Origin: Eledone cirrhosa
Lineage: Eukaryota
DNA length: 64,000 nucleotides
Direction: 5' to 3'
Assembly (NCBI GenBank): GCA_964016885.1
Contig: OZ024740.1
Span: 347,510,001-347,574,000 of the forward strand
In this document: piece by piece, positions 1 through 14,175 of the stretch
How positions within the stretch are numbered: the first letter of the stretch is position 1
Layout of the letters: each line of letters begins with the position of its first letter
Translations under genes and position numbers: made by a program
Notes under the pieces: model-generated
Told to the model about the DNA's origin: nothing
The model's input: only the letters and a program-made list of their open reading frames with translations
Database searches by the model: none

Positions 1-976
<976 letters not shown>

Positions 977-1251
977 ATTGGTGTTGGATGCTTAAAGCGT
1001 CCGTATGCGGTAGGCCGTTTGAGCACCTGATGCTCTCACAGAGCAGAGTATGATATCACAAAAAAAAAAGAGAATCAGTGTTGCGACGAATGGAATTTAT
1101 TGGACATATTACAATCGTTTCTCTGGCGACCAGCTCGAGGCACGATCGATGTGATGATCGAACCTGACACTAAAATCGCAAGGTCCTCAGATATGTCTTG
1201 ATTCTACGAACTGGTCCCGAGAGAATTGATTGTAATATGTCCAATAAATTC

Positions 1252-1287
<36 letters not shown>

Positions 1288-1466
1288 CAATAACAGAGAT
1301 AGTTTAAAGCTAAACTCTGACTGGTAACCATCTCACTCAACAAACATTAGGTTATATTAAAATATAAACCCAATTTAAGTGTTTGGGGTGCTAACAATAT
1401 GTATAATGTGGAAAAACCAGTTGTATTATTTTATGAGATATAATTAAAGTTAAAGTATATCTCTCT

Positions 1467-1592
1467 TTCCAAACAATTGTTTCATTATAAGTTTTCTACA
1501 AGTTTGGGAGAATGTTTCCAGTTTATGTAGAAGCCTAATATATATTCATGTAAGAATATATTTAGGTGGGCACTTATAAATCATCAGTGGAA
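1467..1592 (-). ncRNA. Type-I hammerhead with 97-nt helix-II domain inside a pLTR-like fragment (~1283-1800)
   Basis: Minus strand: TTCCA-CTGATGA-tTTATAAGT...ACTTATAAt-GAAA-CAATTG-TT-TGGAA. Helix I 5 bp, helix II base 8 bp, palindromic helix III. Confidence 0.8.
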
Positions 1593-1795
1593 GCCCGTTA
1601 AACATTGATATAAGAAAACAATTTCTTACCGCTGTCAAAAATCATGTCCGTAAAGTTGCTCTCTCTCACCTTGAATGACCGCCAAATTTGAAATTCCAGC
1701 AGATTTTGACTGAGCAAGTATCATAGCGACACGAAGCGGGAAGGGGAGACAACCCACGATCCACGAAATGAGGAAAAAAAATAATATACACGCGG

Positions 1796-1872
<77 letters not shown>

Positions 1873-2400
1873 TATATATATACAATGAGTGGAAGAACAT
1901 TCGGAATGAAAGTGTTAACTTTTAGTGCATAATGTGATGAAGTAAATACTAAATATGTGCGTGATACATAAACTTCGGTTTTACCTTACAACAAAACGAA
2001 ATATGCCTATTGTCTATTGATTGTTGGGATTCCACATATTGACATCGTTGTGGATGGAATTAATACTGGTAGATATTTCATCCTCTACGAAATGGGTGAG
2101 ATTTTAAAAATGGTTGAATGGTGTTAATAGTAGAATAGGCATAAACATCTATTAGGATTAAACTATCAGTTTGACAATCCCTTTCGTCCTACAAGATTAT
2201 TATGCCAATTCTACTATTAACACCATTCAACCATTCCTTTCAAAGGGTCATGACCTCAACTAAAGTGTATTACTTTTCATCTTAACACCATATGAAAAAA
2301 ACAATTTGATTCGTTAGTTCTTCAAACACCTTGAAATAAGGACATGATACTAACATACTACTAATTCTGAATAAAATTATTATTGAATAAAATTATATTA

Positions 2401-2545
2401 TTATTGCTTTTGAAAACAGCTGGTGATATGCATGTAAGTAAAAATTCTCTTTATCTGATATTTTGTAACTAACCTTACATAGATCAATAAAGGAGTATAA
2501 CTACAATGTATTATCATCATCTAGAAACGATCGTAAAGCAGTGAA
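2401..2545 (+). ncRNA. Type-I hammerhead, U3-A8 core variant, 107-nt helix-II domain
   Basis: TTATTGCTT-TTGAAAA-...TGGTGATA...TATCATCA...-GAAA-CGATCG-TA-AAGCAGTGA. Confidence 0.7.
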
Positions 2546-2586
2546 GTATATCTCTAATGACTTGATATTTTATTTCATTGTTTTAA

Positions 2587-2656
<70 letters not shown>

Positions 2657-2785
2657 AAGTTATATTTAAAATTGTTGGGTTACAACTAGTAAATATTTAT
2701 AACTGATATAAAAGCACTCGACAAATATTTGGAGTATATTTACAATATTAAATAAATGGAAAACTATATTTATAAAACCATATTT

Positions 2786-2850
2786 ATTTCATTATATATA
2801 TTTCGGGGATATCATATTAACAATATGCTATGCCTTCATCAGACAAAATA
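2786..2850 (-). ncRNA. Hammerhead-like motif in pLTR fragment
   Basis: Minus: CTGATGA-AGGcatagCATATT gtt AATATGatatcCCC-GAAA-TATA-TA. Helix I is weak. Confidence 0.5.
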
Positions 2851-2943
2851 CAATATAAACAGTTTTATAGATAAATAGATTCGACATACAGTGAAGTATA
2901 TCTCTAATGACTTGATATTTTATTTCATTGTTTTAACTTATAT

Positions 2944-2980
<37 letters not shown>

Positions 2981-3420
2981 AAGGTTATCATATACATAAA
3001 ATGAAAGATATATATATGTTGCAGCTGTTCACTTTTAAGCTCTATGAAGAATTAATAAATTAAAATCAAAAAATCAGAGCATTATATCATAAATCATGTC
3101 TTTAGAATCATCAGATATTAAAGTATATACTATTTCTTCTTCTAATTAGCATAAGTAACCATATACAAAATCAAATCTAGCAAGCTTTAAGAATAAATTT
3201 TCTTATGGGGAAATCTCTGACAAACAATCGATCGTAGCCTCTTCGCGGCAGCCCCGTTCCATTATTTATCGAACATTTCGACAGCATGTAGACTCCGACT
3301 AAATATACCATCAATCACACACAATTAGTAGTAAAATTAAACTTAGAAGAAATGCGCACATACCGTAATTATATCTCTACCATGGTTTCTTCCTTATTTA
3401 GGACATCCAAATAATATGAA

Positions 3421-3630
3421 TTTCCAGAGTTAGGAGATAAACTCAAAATCAGACATTTAGTTTTTCAATCCGATCCCGCCAAATTTAGATTCAAAAATGG
3501 CTAAAATTCGCTATGAAGCTGTGTTCCAGCCAGAGAGAAAGAGTGTGATTGGTTGCTTACGGCGGGATCGGATTGAAAAACTAAATGTCTGATTTTGAGT
3601 TTATCTCCTGATGAAACCTAACTCTGGAAA
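3421..3630. repeat. Inverted repeat (arms 3421-3480 / 3561-3630) of a pLTR carrying a split hammerhead
   Basis: Arms are reverse complements. The right arm has TATCTC-CTGATGA. The left arm (-) lacks the core but continues to GAAA-CCATGG-TA-GAGATA (3372-3389). Confidence 0.8.
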
Positions 3631-3809
3631 ACGCAAACAACATATTATGTATTTATACAAGTATTTATGTTTATTTTTTTATGACTCATTCCGGGCCATA
3701 CTTCTTAATTGCATCGACCAAAACGAAGCTTTTTCAGTTGCGCACCATTTTCTGATTTCTTTCCTCTATAACGATAAAAAAAAACACATTATGTATATAC
3801 ATGCATATA

Positions 3810-4740
3810 CCCTAAGAGTCACAGAGGAGGGGTCTATATACTCCACATTTTACAGGGAGAATGCCTGCAGAGACATTTTTGGGTACCACTAAACTGCCCT
3901 TCATTACAGGGCCAGAATGGCTTATATACGAAATGAGATATCGCGGATACTCAACAGATTCAGCAGGTGTAGCGACAGAAATTACCAGCTCCGTGGAACT
4001 CCAAAGAGTTCTCACCAAACTCAGTAATGCCAGGGCAGCAACACGTAAAAGAACAGGGTGAACACGTACCCCTAACGATATTTGCTATCTAAAGCTGCCG
4101 CATTTCAATGAGAAGACGAAAGCTGCCATCAGACAAACCATCCATAAGAAGAGTTCCTCTGACAAGGGCAAGTTTCATCACTGTCAATTCAGTACCTGTC
4201 CGGATAGTAACCAGGGATCAATTATGGATATTTAACAAGATTTAATGGAGGGAGGGGGGGGGGGGGGCAATAACATCGATTCCACATTCGAACTAGATCT
4301 TGCTCCTTGGAAATTTCAATTCATGTGTGGGAAAGGACGACCACATCTGGAGTGTTTTAGGACTTCACGGCATGAACAAGATGAATGCCAATGATCTTCT
4401 CCTTTTGCAATTAATTATGCACGGAGTTTGAGCTGGTCGTGTCCAATAATTCTTTTCGGTAAAAAGAGATCCACTTGCCAACATGGATACACCCGAGATC
4501 CAAACATCGACTCATCTTGGAATATATCGCCACCAGGAAGAGAAACCTCCATGATATCTGCTCTTTAAGAGTAATGCGTGGTGTAGAATGTGATAAGGCC
4601 CATAAAATCGTACGTATCAAGATAAAAGTGCAGATCAGAGAAAACATGAGGGCAGCCGAGGTATAACTGCCAAAACGTATAGATGTGTCCAAACTGCAAA
4701 GTTTAAAATTAAGAGATGCTCTTGATAGAACTTGGGTATA
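3810..4740 (+). pseudogene. Degenerate RTE/BovB-type LINE, AP-endonuclease region
   Basis: 4295-4700 translates to LGNFNSCVGKDDHIWSVLGLHGMNKMNANDLLLL...TWIHPRSKHRLILEYIATRKRNLHD...MRGVECDKAHKIVR, matching RTE APE motifs (GDFNARVG, TWMHPRSKHW, TDH). The 5' limit is approximate. Confidence 0.8.
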
Positions 4741-7007
4741 ATCGTTTGCAGATATTTGACACGGGATGGTTAAATGAAAAGCGCGTAGATAATTTTAAAA
4801 TGTCTCAAAGTAAAGTTTTATCAAGTTTTCTAAATCTTTGGTAAGATCTTTTAATCATAAGCTATTGTTCTATACATTCTAGAAATGTGTGCTTGAATGC
4901 TGCAATATTATGATTTATCTTGGTATTTTTTTCTTGCATGCCAAATTTCGGAGCGTATCAATGTGGAGACTATATTCACTGAGTTCGCAATACGAGGTCT
5001 GAAACTTAAGTTATACTTTTGGGGAATAAATCTGAGTAATTTAGAGAACTTAATTATCTTATTATTACTTCGTTACAGAAACTATTTATTATTGTTAGCA
5101 TTATGATGTTATTCAAGAATGGTCTTTAGATTCACTATTCCCTCAAATCCTAAACAAATATATATTAATAATATCTATGTGTCGAGGATTTGCTTATGGC
5201 AGCAGGTGAACTTAATAGTGTGGCGGTAAACATGTATGATATTAAATTGGGAATAGAAATCAATCTTTCAAACAGTATTACTAATTCCAATTTTTGTAAT
5301 TAGAAATAGGTTTTCTATGCCAAGTATAACTCAGGAGGTTTGTGACAACAAGTTGCTTTTTAACCCCAAATCAGACCCACTTGATTGTAATGCATCTGAT
5401 ACTCTCTGTAGCTACACCATATAATTTATGTAGGACGTCATTATTTACTGCCTTTACTCTATTAAGATAATTGTATATGATTTGAAGTGTACTGTTTACT
5501 ATTTCTCGCAGGTTGTGTGACTTCTACTGCTAGAGTTAAAAAATCTTAAAACTTTGAACTAAACGTATTGCCAATCTCAAATTTATTATTAGACATATTT
5601 TCCCAAAATCCATACATGCGTATCTGAGTCATCGCGTTCTTCTCTTAGTGATGTATTAATGTTCAAATGTAAGCCCAACAGGCTTTTACATCTACCGAAA
5701 AGAACGTTAGAATTGATTTTTCGTAACTTCTTAACAGAAGCATCATTCGTCAGGAAAGCTGTTCCTAGCAGTGTCTAACATTTTCTCATGAGTCAGTCAA
5801 CTGGCAAATATATTTATTGTTTCGAGAAGCGAATTGTTATATTTACACCTTTGGGGGGCTCGTGAAATCCTATATGGAAAGAGACTTAATGTAAGAAGTC
5901 GTGGTTGTCAGTTTTATTGTTTCTACTGCGTTTGAGGTAATTTAACCAAACAACATTGCTGGTATTTGTAGTATGAGCCTTGGACGTATATATCGCAATT
6001 TAATCCTGATATCTCCTGAAATAACACCTAAAACTGAATTAATAAAACAAGTTCCTGTTAAAGTTTAATTCCACAATAATCTGATAGAATATCTAGATAT
6101 TGCTGTTGATTTTGGTGTTGTTGTTGTTGGTGATGTTGTTGCTGCTATTGTTGTTGTTGTTGTTGTGGGTGGGTGGTTTTCGTCGTCGTTGTCGTGTTGT
6201 TGTGGTCAACAAAGCCATTTCAGTCGGCACCTTATCTTTTATTTCGATATGATATATCTAAGATTACATTCTGTACTGTATCATTTCTTTGTATTTCTTT
6301 AAAACAGTGATATTTCTAAAATAACAATTTCAGAAGGATTTCACTTGTTGAGTGACTCCCTCGAAGCCCCATCATTGGTTTGAGCTTGGGCAGTATATCA
6401 TTGTGTGTAAGTAAAGTATATGTACACGTTTGTGTCAACTAAATTAAAAGAGGTTATTTGTAACTATTACTGAGTCAACAGAATCAACATCAATATAAAT
6501 ACTTACAGACATATTGCCCTCTCTAATTCACAGAAGTTTAAAAAAGTGACTCCATCAGTTCCACATGTTTCAAATATGATAAGCATCATGCAGTATCGAC
6601 AATTTGGTTCCGTAGTCGGTGCCGCGCTATTGAGAACGACTCCTGGTTAGAGAAGGTAAAAAAATATTTATTTTATTTTGTCTTAAAAAAGAGAAAAATA
6701 TACACATATCTCTTTCAGTTTCTATCGACATAGATAGAGCGTTTACACGTTTCGATACTTTCCAAGGTATCTTATTGGAAACATACTTCCCAGGGAGAGG
6801 AGTCAGGCTGCTAGTCTTATTTTTCTCAAAGGCATAAGAGTAACGTCACTTTCGATTCGATCCCCCTGATATGACAGTCTGGCGTAATCGACAGATTTGG
6901 TAGTAGAATATATATATATATATATATATGTATGTATATATATATATATATACTACCATGACTGAATCTTAACCATCTACTATGTCAGGGTATGTCATGC
7001 ATCATCT

Positions 7008-7074
7008 TATTTTATCTGATGAGGACGTACTGTTGAAATTAACTCAGTACCTCTGAAATATGTATAATAAAATA
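7008..7074 (+). ncRNA. Type-I hammerhead motif
   Basis: TATTTTAT-CTGATGA-GgacGTACTG...CAGTACctct-GAAA-TATG-TA-taATAAAATA. Confidence 0.6.
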
Positions 7075-7211
7075 TACTTGATCACAAGAATATCTATTTT
7101 GTTAATATTTTAAATTAATATTAATAACTCCGGAAAATCAATTCTTTTGAGTGCTTCCAATCTATTGTAAAATTTATTCTTTGAGTTATTCATTGAACCT
7201 TGTTTAAGATT

Positions 7212-7267
<56 letters not shown>

Positions 7268-8040
7268 CATTTAACTCCTATTTCCCTGCTAGCAAGGTTT
7301 GAACGTGTCTTCACAGACCAAGTCAGTACCGAAGCTGGGCTACCGACGTCCCAGACAGGCCGAGGGGTCTGTATCCCGATTACGTCTGATCATATCAAGT
7401 GCAGAGGAGATTTTGTCTTTTCTTTTGACACAACACAAACTGAAGGATCCACCTAACCCATAGTTTGGCAACCTGTCTATGGCTGGATGCCCTTGCTAAC
7501 ACCAAACACTTTACACCGTGTACGCGGTGCGGGTATCGTGTAGATCAAAGGTTCTCAACGGGGGAATATGCACCCCCGGGGGGCGTTTCGGAACTCCAGG
7601 GGGGTGTTTGGGAGCAAGGTCGCGTTAGGGGGGCGTTTGGAGATTGGGGTCGCTGGAAGGCTCTTTACTTTGGTAAGTTTTATAAGCCATATTTGTATGT
7701 CTTTGAGACAGCCAGTGTGAATGCATTTGAATGAGCATGCAGACAGCATAATTATAGTCTGACCGCAGCTGTGAGCAGGTGTGCAGGCATGTCTAGACAT
7801 TAACCGGCAATTGGGAACCTAAAAATGGAAAAACCCACAGTCAACTGGGTCAAGGACACTTTGAGCGCAGCCAGTTAGAATCTTATCTTTCCTTCACCGA
7901 TAACAATGTATTTCATGTGTGAAATTATTGACTCAACCGTAACGAGTTGACACTATGTATATCTATTTTATTCCCTATTGTATAAATAATATTACAAATA
8001 AAAAAGAAAAGAAAAAACACAGAAGCGGGTCACACACACA

Positions 8041-8222
8041 TCTAGGACCACATGCAACACGTAATCAGGTAATAGAAACATCTAGGACCACATACAACAC
8101 ACAGGCAGGTAATACATACCTCTAGGACCACATACAACACACAAGCAGGTAATACATACAGCTGGGACCACATGCAATACATAAGCAGGTAATACATACA
8201 TCTAAGACTAGATACAACACAC
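8041..8222 (+). repeat. 40-bp minisatellite, ~4.5 copies, inside the hAT
   Basis: TCTAGGACCACATACAACAC...CAGGTAATACATAC units start at 8041, 8081, 8121, 8161 and 8201. Confidence 0.9.
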
Positions 8223-9254
8223 ATTGTATCATGTGCTACGGACGACGCAAGAGCAATGGTCGGCCAACATAAGGGTTTCGTCACTCTTCTGAAGAGAGAA
8301 AATCTATCTGTATTTGCTGTTCATTGTGACATTCATCGACAACATTTGGCTGCGAAGAAACTCAGCAAGCTGCCAAGCAAGTCCTTGCAGGTGGCCATTG
8401 ATGTCATCAATTTTATCTAACGGCATTCCCTCAATGAACGAATTTTCCGGCAACTGTGTCAAGATAATGATGAAGAATTCATCAAGCTGCTCCTTCATAA
8501 TGAAGTGAGGTGGCTTTCAAAGGGCAAGTGCCTTACTCACTTCTTTGAACACTTCGACTCTCTCATTGAGTTTCTGCGAGGCCGCAACGCAGAACTGTAC
8601 AAGAAAACCCCTACCTCACCGACATCTTCGACAAATGCAATAGCGTCATTTTGGCTTTGCAGGGAAAGAAGATCACCTTGCTTAAAGCAAGGAATGCTGT
8701 GAAAACATTCCTGGCCAAATTGAAAGTCATTGAAAGGAATCTTTGTTGACGGGAGTTCTATAATTTTCCTAGTGTCGCCAATGTTCAAAACATTGTAAAC
8801 AATGACCAACTCCAGATTTATACCACTCACCTCCGTGCACTACAAGACAACATGAGAGAATGGTTTGTCAATCTTTTGCCGATGGACATTCCAATGTGGA
8901 TAGCAGATCACTTCATAGCTAACGTCGACAATTTGGATGTTAAATTTCAGGAAGAATTCATTGAACTTCAATCAGATAATATGATCAAAATTAGATTTCC
9001 CAAAATAGGTGAACCCCTTTTTGGGATGCAAGAGGAAACTCAGCGTCGATTTCCACATCTACATGCAGAGGCTAAGAGATTTGCTCTGCCTTTTCCAGGC
9101 TCATACTTAGTCGAGAGGAGGTTTGATGCTGTTTCAAGACTGCAGAGTAAGTCTCTCAACCGCTACACGTGGAGATCTCTTGCTACATCTTAGGAAAATT
9201 CAGCCTCATGTCAAAGAGTTAGCTAGACTCCATGAAGCTCAAGGGTCCCATTGA
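8222..9254 (+). pseudogene. Frameshifted hAT transposase C-terminal part (Buster/ZBED8-like)
   Basis: Motifs IVSCATDDARAMVG, VHCDIHRQHLAAK, LLLHNEVRWLSKGKCL, LPFPGSYLVERRF and terminal HEAQGSH*. Confidence 0.9.
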
Positions 9255-10279
9255 AATGAGGTCAAAGTTAAAGTAAGTTGATTTATCCGAAAACTTGGAT
9301 ATGCTATTGTTACAAAGCAAACTAACAATTTTTTTATTTGTAGTTGCAGTCTGACTGGACTGGAAACCATCTACTACAATTCACTTACTCATTTGTTGTA
9401 TATATTTTACCATTTACTAATAAATATACCCTCCCGCGTGGTCGTGAAAACCCTCTTCCGTGGTCTCTAAGCTCACAAAGCAGAGGGGACATCAATTTAG
9501 ATATCAACATTTATTCTGTCCGTTTCATTAAAGGGGAAAATGGAAAGCTTTGAAATGATATAATTGCCACTTTCTTCCAGATAAGAGCACTCTTGGGATA
9601 GACAGAATTGCTCTTGTATAAATGTTCAAAATAGTTGGTAATGCCTGGTGGGAATATAACAAATTCAACTGGTCCTCATTCATAAAAAAGAACATTTATG
9701 TTCCTTTTTTTGAAATTTATATATTTCCTTTCAAGGAATGTATTTATACTCTCAGCTGCCTGCAATGGTATCTTTGGAATATTGTTAATTTTTCAGTAAT
9801 CTACTGATATTAAAATCAGAAGTATATTGAAAAATGGAAAAATAGGGTAGGGGGCATTTCGTGATTTCAAGGGACAAAAGGGGGCGTTTGGCCTAAATGG
9901 GTTGAGAATCTGTGGTGTAGATCTTCAACACTAGAGGTTGTTATACTTTGGGAGTGTCATACTGACAATAGAAACACATAACAGTTAAATTTCATTTCTG
10001 TCTATTAGAAGATGAGTAACTAATCCAATCATCGGTTAGTTTATTAACCAGCTAGCTGCTTAATGGTTAATTGGCGAGACTTCAGGCATGCATCCAGTGA
10101 CATTTACAATGTCAATTGTTGCTTCTCTTTGTCTTCTCTTTGTTCTCATCTTGTTCTATTTACTTCAAACAAGATGAAAGAAATAGAACAATATCAAAAC
10201 AAAGAGGAACAGGAATAGTCATTGATGCCCGTCGAAAAAGATTTGACAATTTGTTTCAGATTTAATAATAGCTTCTACA

Positions 10280-10485
10280 TTTGGCACAAGGCCAGCAACT
10301 TTGGCGGAGTGTAAAATCGATTAATTCGACCCCAGTGCGTTAATAGTGCATTAGTTATCGACCCCGCAGGGATGAAAGGCAAAGCTAACCTTGGCGGGAT
10401 TTGAAATCAGAAGGCAAAGGGCCGTAATTCTATGCCATAAAGCATGTTGTCCGACGCTCTACCAATACTGCCAATCCAACCCCCT
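10280..10485 (-). mobile_element. tRNA-derived SINE (family also at 57849-58070 and 62647-62830)
   Basis: Reverse complement of the core TTTGCCTTTCATCC...GGGGTCGATAA shared with the two plus-strand copies; B-box-like TTCAAATCCC. Confidence 0.8.
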
Positions 10486-11849
10486 GTAATCGTCAATGGC
10501 TCCAATGACCAATTTTCAGAATATGACATGGAGCATCAAACTTATTACTCTAATTTAATTGACTGTTATAAAAAAAAAATTATTAATAAGGAAAATATGC
10601 ATTTTATATCTCAAAACTGTTTTTTTTTTTGTTTTGTTTTTTGATAAAACATGATCAGAGGAAAAAGACATGTTCTTTCCCTGGGTGTTGAATTTCGTAT
10701 TCGATAAAATGATAACCTGATAAGTATTGAGGTCAAGTCACTGTTGCCTTTCTAAATAATCAAGTATTTGAGTTCACGTGTTATTTTTGGCAATAACATT
10801 TGTTCATTTCTCAGTATATACTCTGTTATCGGTAATTATTTTTCATTGGTTAAAAACATTTTTGTCCGAATTACTTTTGGTACGACATCATGAAGAAGGT
10901 GATATAAATGGGAGATATCTCTGTATCAACCGATCAAAACAAGGTGCTTGTTCTATAATGTGTTGATGTGCCTCATGTACCGTATTCAGACTGTCGCAAT
11001 AAGCCGATATAGATATGTGCGACGTACGTGCTAGGTATACTGAAAGATTTATAATATCAAACAAACAGATGAGTGTACGATAAAAAAAAAGTGGCAAAAT
11101 AACATAAAATAACCACGAAACCTTTGACTGAAAATGTTGTTGGTGTTATAAGATTTAATGCTCATATTGCTAGTGCTTTGGAGTCCACACATCTATACCA
11201 GAACTGTGCACACATCCATACACTGGGAGTCGGAAATACAGAAATACGTAATATTACTGTTCAGACTTGTTTCTACAGCTCAAGTCATGGTTCTCTTACT
11301 TAATAATTTTTTCTGTGATCTGGGCGTTAACAAGATCTGTGTTTATATGTCATGTTTATTCTGATGTATAACCACCATTTCATCGATCCGAAAAAATTAA
11401 TAAACAATATTGATTTTTTTAAAAATAGGTCGATTGTTGACTTGTGATTCGTTCTGTGATTTGGGATGGACCGTCGACAAGCAACAGGTTTCTTGTGTGT
11501 TGCTTTACTAGCTAGAAAAAGAGTACTGCCCTAGAGTATAACCATAAATTGTCATTCTTGAAAAGGATGTCAGACCTGCATAGACGGTATCAATAATCCA
11601 TTTTCTAGTTTTATAGCTGTGAGTCAGTCAGTTAGGCAGTCAATCCCTCGTAACCAGGGACAGTTCCCAGTCTTTTCGATCGTTTGTGTATTCTTTTATA
11701 TTTTCTGCCTCCCTTTCCCGAAAGGTTCTATACCATGTTGCTAATATGTTCCTGTCATTTCCTTGTCTTTGCACTGTTGCATCTCAACACACAATTTGTA
11801 TGTCGCTTCGGATTTGTATGTTGCTGCGGATCCACCATGAATTGTTTCA

Positions 11850-12330
11850 GCCTCCACCCGCTTTCCTGTCGCTACAGTGCCGGCCGCCTTCCACGCCATG
11901 CCGCCATCAACGAGGTCATAAAACATGGCTTGGATGTTGCAGGCTTCCCCTCCCAGCTCGAGCCGGTGGAGCTGGACCGAAGGGACGGGAAAAGGCCAGA
12001 CGGTATGACCATCTGCCCGTTCCACGGTGGCAAAACCCTCGTCTGGGATGCCACTTGCAGCAACACCTTATCCAGCCGCAACCTGGTGCAGTTTGCGATT
12101 AACCCATGTTCTGCTGCACTTCAGGCTAAGGAGGGCAAACTATCCAAGTATCGGTCGCTTTCCGACATGTTTGCGGTCGTGTCCTTAGCAATGGAGACTT
12201 CTGGTGTCCTTGGGCCTAGGGCTACCTCCTTACTACCATCGGCGCTGAGCTGGCCAGCCGCAGGTGTGAGCCGGAGCTGTGGGGCGGCCAGCACGTGGAA
12301 CCCCATTTTCTCATAATACAGAGAGATGGG
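11850..12330 (+). pseudogene. 3' fragment of a CRE-clade non-LTR retrotransposon (restriction-like endonuclease)
   Basis: HPLSC...GRLPRHAAINEVI...EPVELDRRDGKRPDGMT...LVWDATC...KLSKY...AMETSGVLG match RH, RPD-G..D, K..KY and ETxG RLE motifs. Confidence 0.85.
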
Positions 12331-12865
12331 GAGGGCGAGAGAGGTGGAGGCGATAAGAGTGGGAGTTCAGTTCTTCCGTTTTGGGACACATTTGTCAAAC
12401 TGTAGGTTTTATGAAACAATTGTACCATAAATTAATTTGTATGTCGATGAGCTAGTTACCACAGTACGTGACCAACCAGTCACTAATTTGTCTGGGTGGT
12501 AAAAATACTGGGTGGTAAAAATACTCCTTTGCTTCGTCTCGTAAAACTAGATTTACTTTCACTTTTAAGGGAAAGACGGTGGAATCGAGGAGCCATCTGA
12601 GGTTCAATATTCGATGTAAAACATCTTGTGATGCATTGTATTGTAGGCCCTGTTAGTTTTACTGCTTGGTGCTTGGAATGTGTCTGCTCAAATATCAATC
12701 TTCTTTCAAATATATGCTTCGTATATAGTGGGACCTCTAGATAATATTACAATTCTCAACAATCTTGTCCTGTATAATGAAGAATATATAAACACAGACC
12801 ACATAAATATTGAATCTTCCGTCAGTTAGAAACAGTAAAACAAATTGCTATAGAAAATTACATAC

Positions 12866-12902
12866 CTGAAAGGAGCAGTAGCACCACAATGACAGGAGAC
12901 AT
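12866..12902 (-). CDS. Candidate first coding exon encoding a signal-peptide-like N-terminus (MSPVIVVLLLLS)
   Basis: Minus: TTTTGTTCTCATTTCACCAG|AAAT-ATG TCT CCT GTC ATT GTG GTG CTA CTG CTC CTT TCA G|GTATGT. No convincing downstream exon found. Confidence 0.4.
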
Positions 12903-12988
12903 ATTTCTGGTGAAATGAGAACAAAATAACGTAATATGATTTTATAGATGTATATATGTATATATATATATATATAGGAACCAGTAAG

Positions 12989-13082
12989 ACCCCGACAGCT
13001 GAGCTCAAGCCGTTTCGACGGCTAATTCTGGACTAAATGAAAATTTATCCTGGTATTTAAATAGCCGATCTTCTCAAGGGGT
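12989..13082 (-). ncRNA. Complete type-I hammerhead, U3-A8 core, GUC triplet
   Basis: ACCCC-TTGAGAA-GAtCGGCTA...TAGCCGTC-GAAA-CGGC ttgagctca GCTG-TC-GGGGT. All three helices pair. Confidence 0.85.
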
Positions 13083-14175
13083 AATTCCATATATGGTCAA
13101 AGTGATTGTCAAAAATCAGTAGTAATTCTGTGGTTGCAAATTAGTAGGGGAGATGGTGGCTAAACCTGCCAGTAGGAGAAAGAGGGGAGGGGGTGGAGTA
13201 GACCCAATCAAGCGTTGGTAGTGCCAGCTACAGCTGGGCATGAGGTCAAAGAAGATACAGGGGAGGGGGAGGAAGTCGGAACGGTATGTAGAACAATGGG
13301 GGGTAGAAATATATAGGAAAGAAAAAATACTGAGAGTGAAGAAAAGCAAATAAGTGTAAAGAAAAAAGTAAAGTAAATTAAATTCTACGACCTAGGTGTC
13401 AGGCTATTGTTAGGCTAGAATAACATAAAGAAAGAAAGAAAGAAGTAAAGAAATAAATAAATAAATAAATAACGAAATAAGTAAAAGAACTAGGTGGGAC
13501 GAAATAGGCAAGGACCCTTTTAAGAGGTATAAGTACGTAAATGATACGGTGACGGGTCAACAAAAGGGGCCAAAATACTAAAGAGACTACCACGAAATAA
13601 ACAATAAAGGTTTCCATCCCGGGCCAGCAACGACCCAGTGCAGCAAAGTGAACTTGTACGAGATAATAATTCTGAGTCCCGAGAAAAATATATACTAATG
13701 CTAACTCTAAAAGATCTAAAACAAGCTACATGAAAGTTCGTACGAAATAAAGGTAGAATACGGAGAAATAAATTCAGAATCCACCCCGCCCAGAAGAAAA
13801 GCGAAGCAAGAAATACTGAAACGAAAAAATTAGGCATAAGTGCCACTAAGAAATATAGAGGGCACAGAGAATAGTGGGAGCGGTCGGAAAAAGGGGGCAA
13901 GTATCCGGGGTCTAAGCCAACTGCTATAAAGGGCGGAGTCCGCCAAATCTATCATAGACTAGGGGAGGGGGTGGTGGGGGTAATAAGGCTACATGGGGCC
14001 AAAGGGCAGCCTCGGGTGGGCGAGAAAAGACGCCGACAAAGGAGAAGAGCTGGGGTAGAAGGACAAAGGAGAGAGGGGGGAAGGAAATAAAGGAAGCGAT
14101 AAAAGAATACAAAGAAGATCTTACGTCTTCCTTGGCAAGAAGGGGTTACCCATTGCAAAATCGGCAAGTGGGGTG

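Larger units (their letters stand above)
7546..9914 (+). mobile_element. hAT (Buster/Charlie-type) DNA transposon, internally deleted
   Basis: Imperfect TIRs CAAAGGTTCTCAAC (7546-7559) / GTTGAGAATCTGTG (9901-9914). Perfect 8-bp TSD GTGTAGAT at 7538-7545 and 9915-9922 with central TA. Confidence 0.93.

Noticed and set aside
6738-6785. Additional hammerhead-like remnants (also 18750-18835, 20058-20111, 25968-25992, 48243-48341, 55927-55978)
   Set aside because: Multiple core mismatches or missing helix I; cannot be distinguished from chance by eye.
11684-11850. Hydrophobic N-terminal part of the 210-aa ORF as a membrane protein
   Set aside because: Read-through into flanking DNA; only the CRE endonuclease part has motifs.
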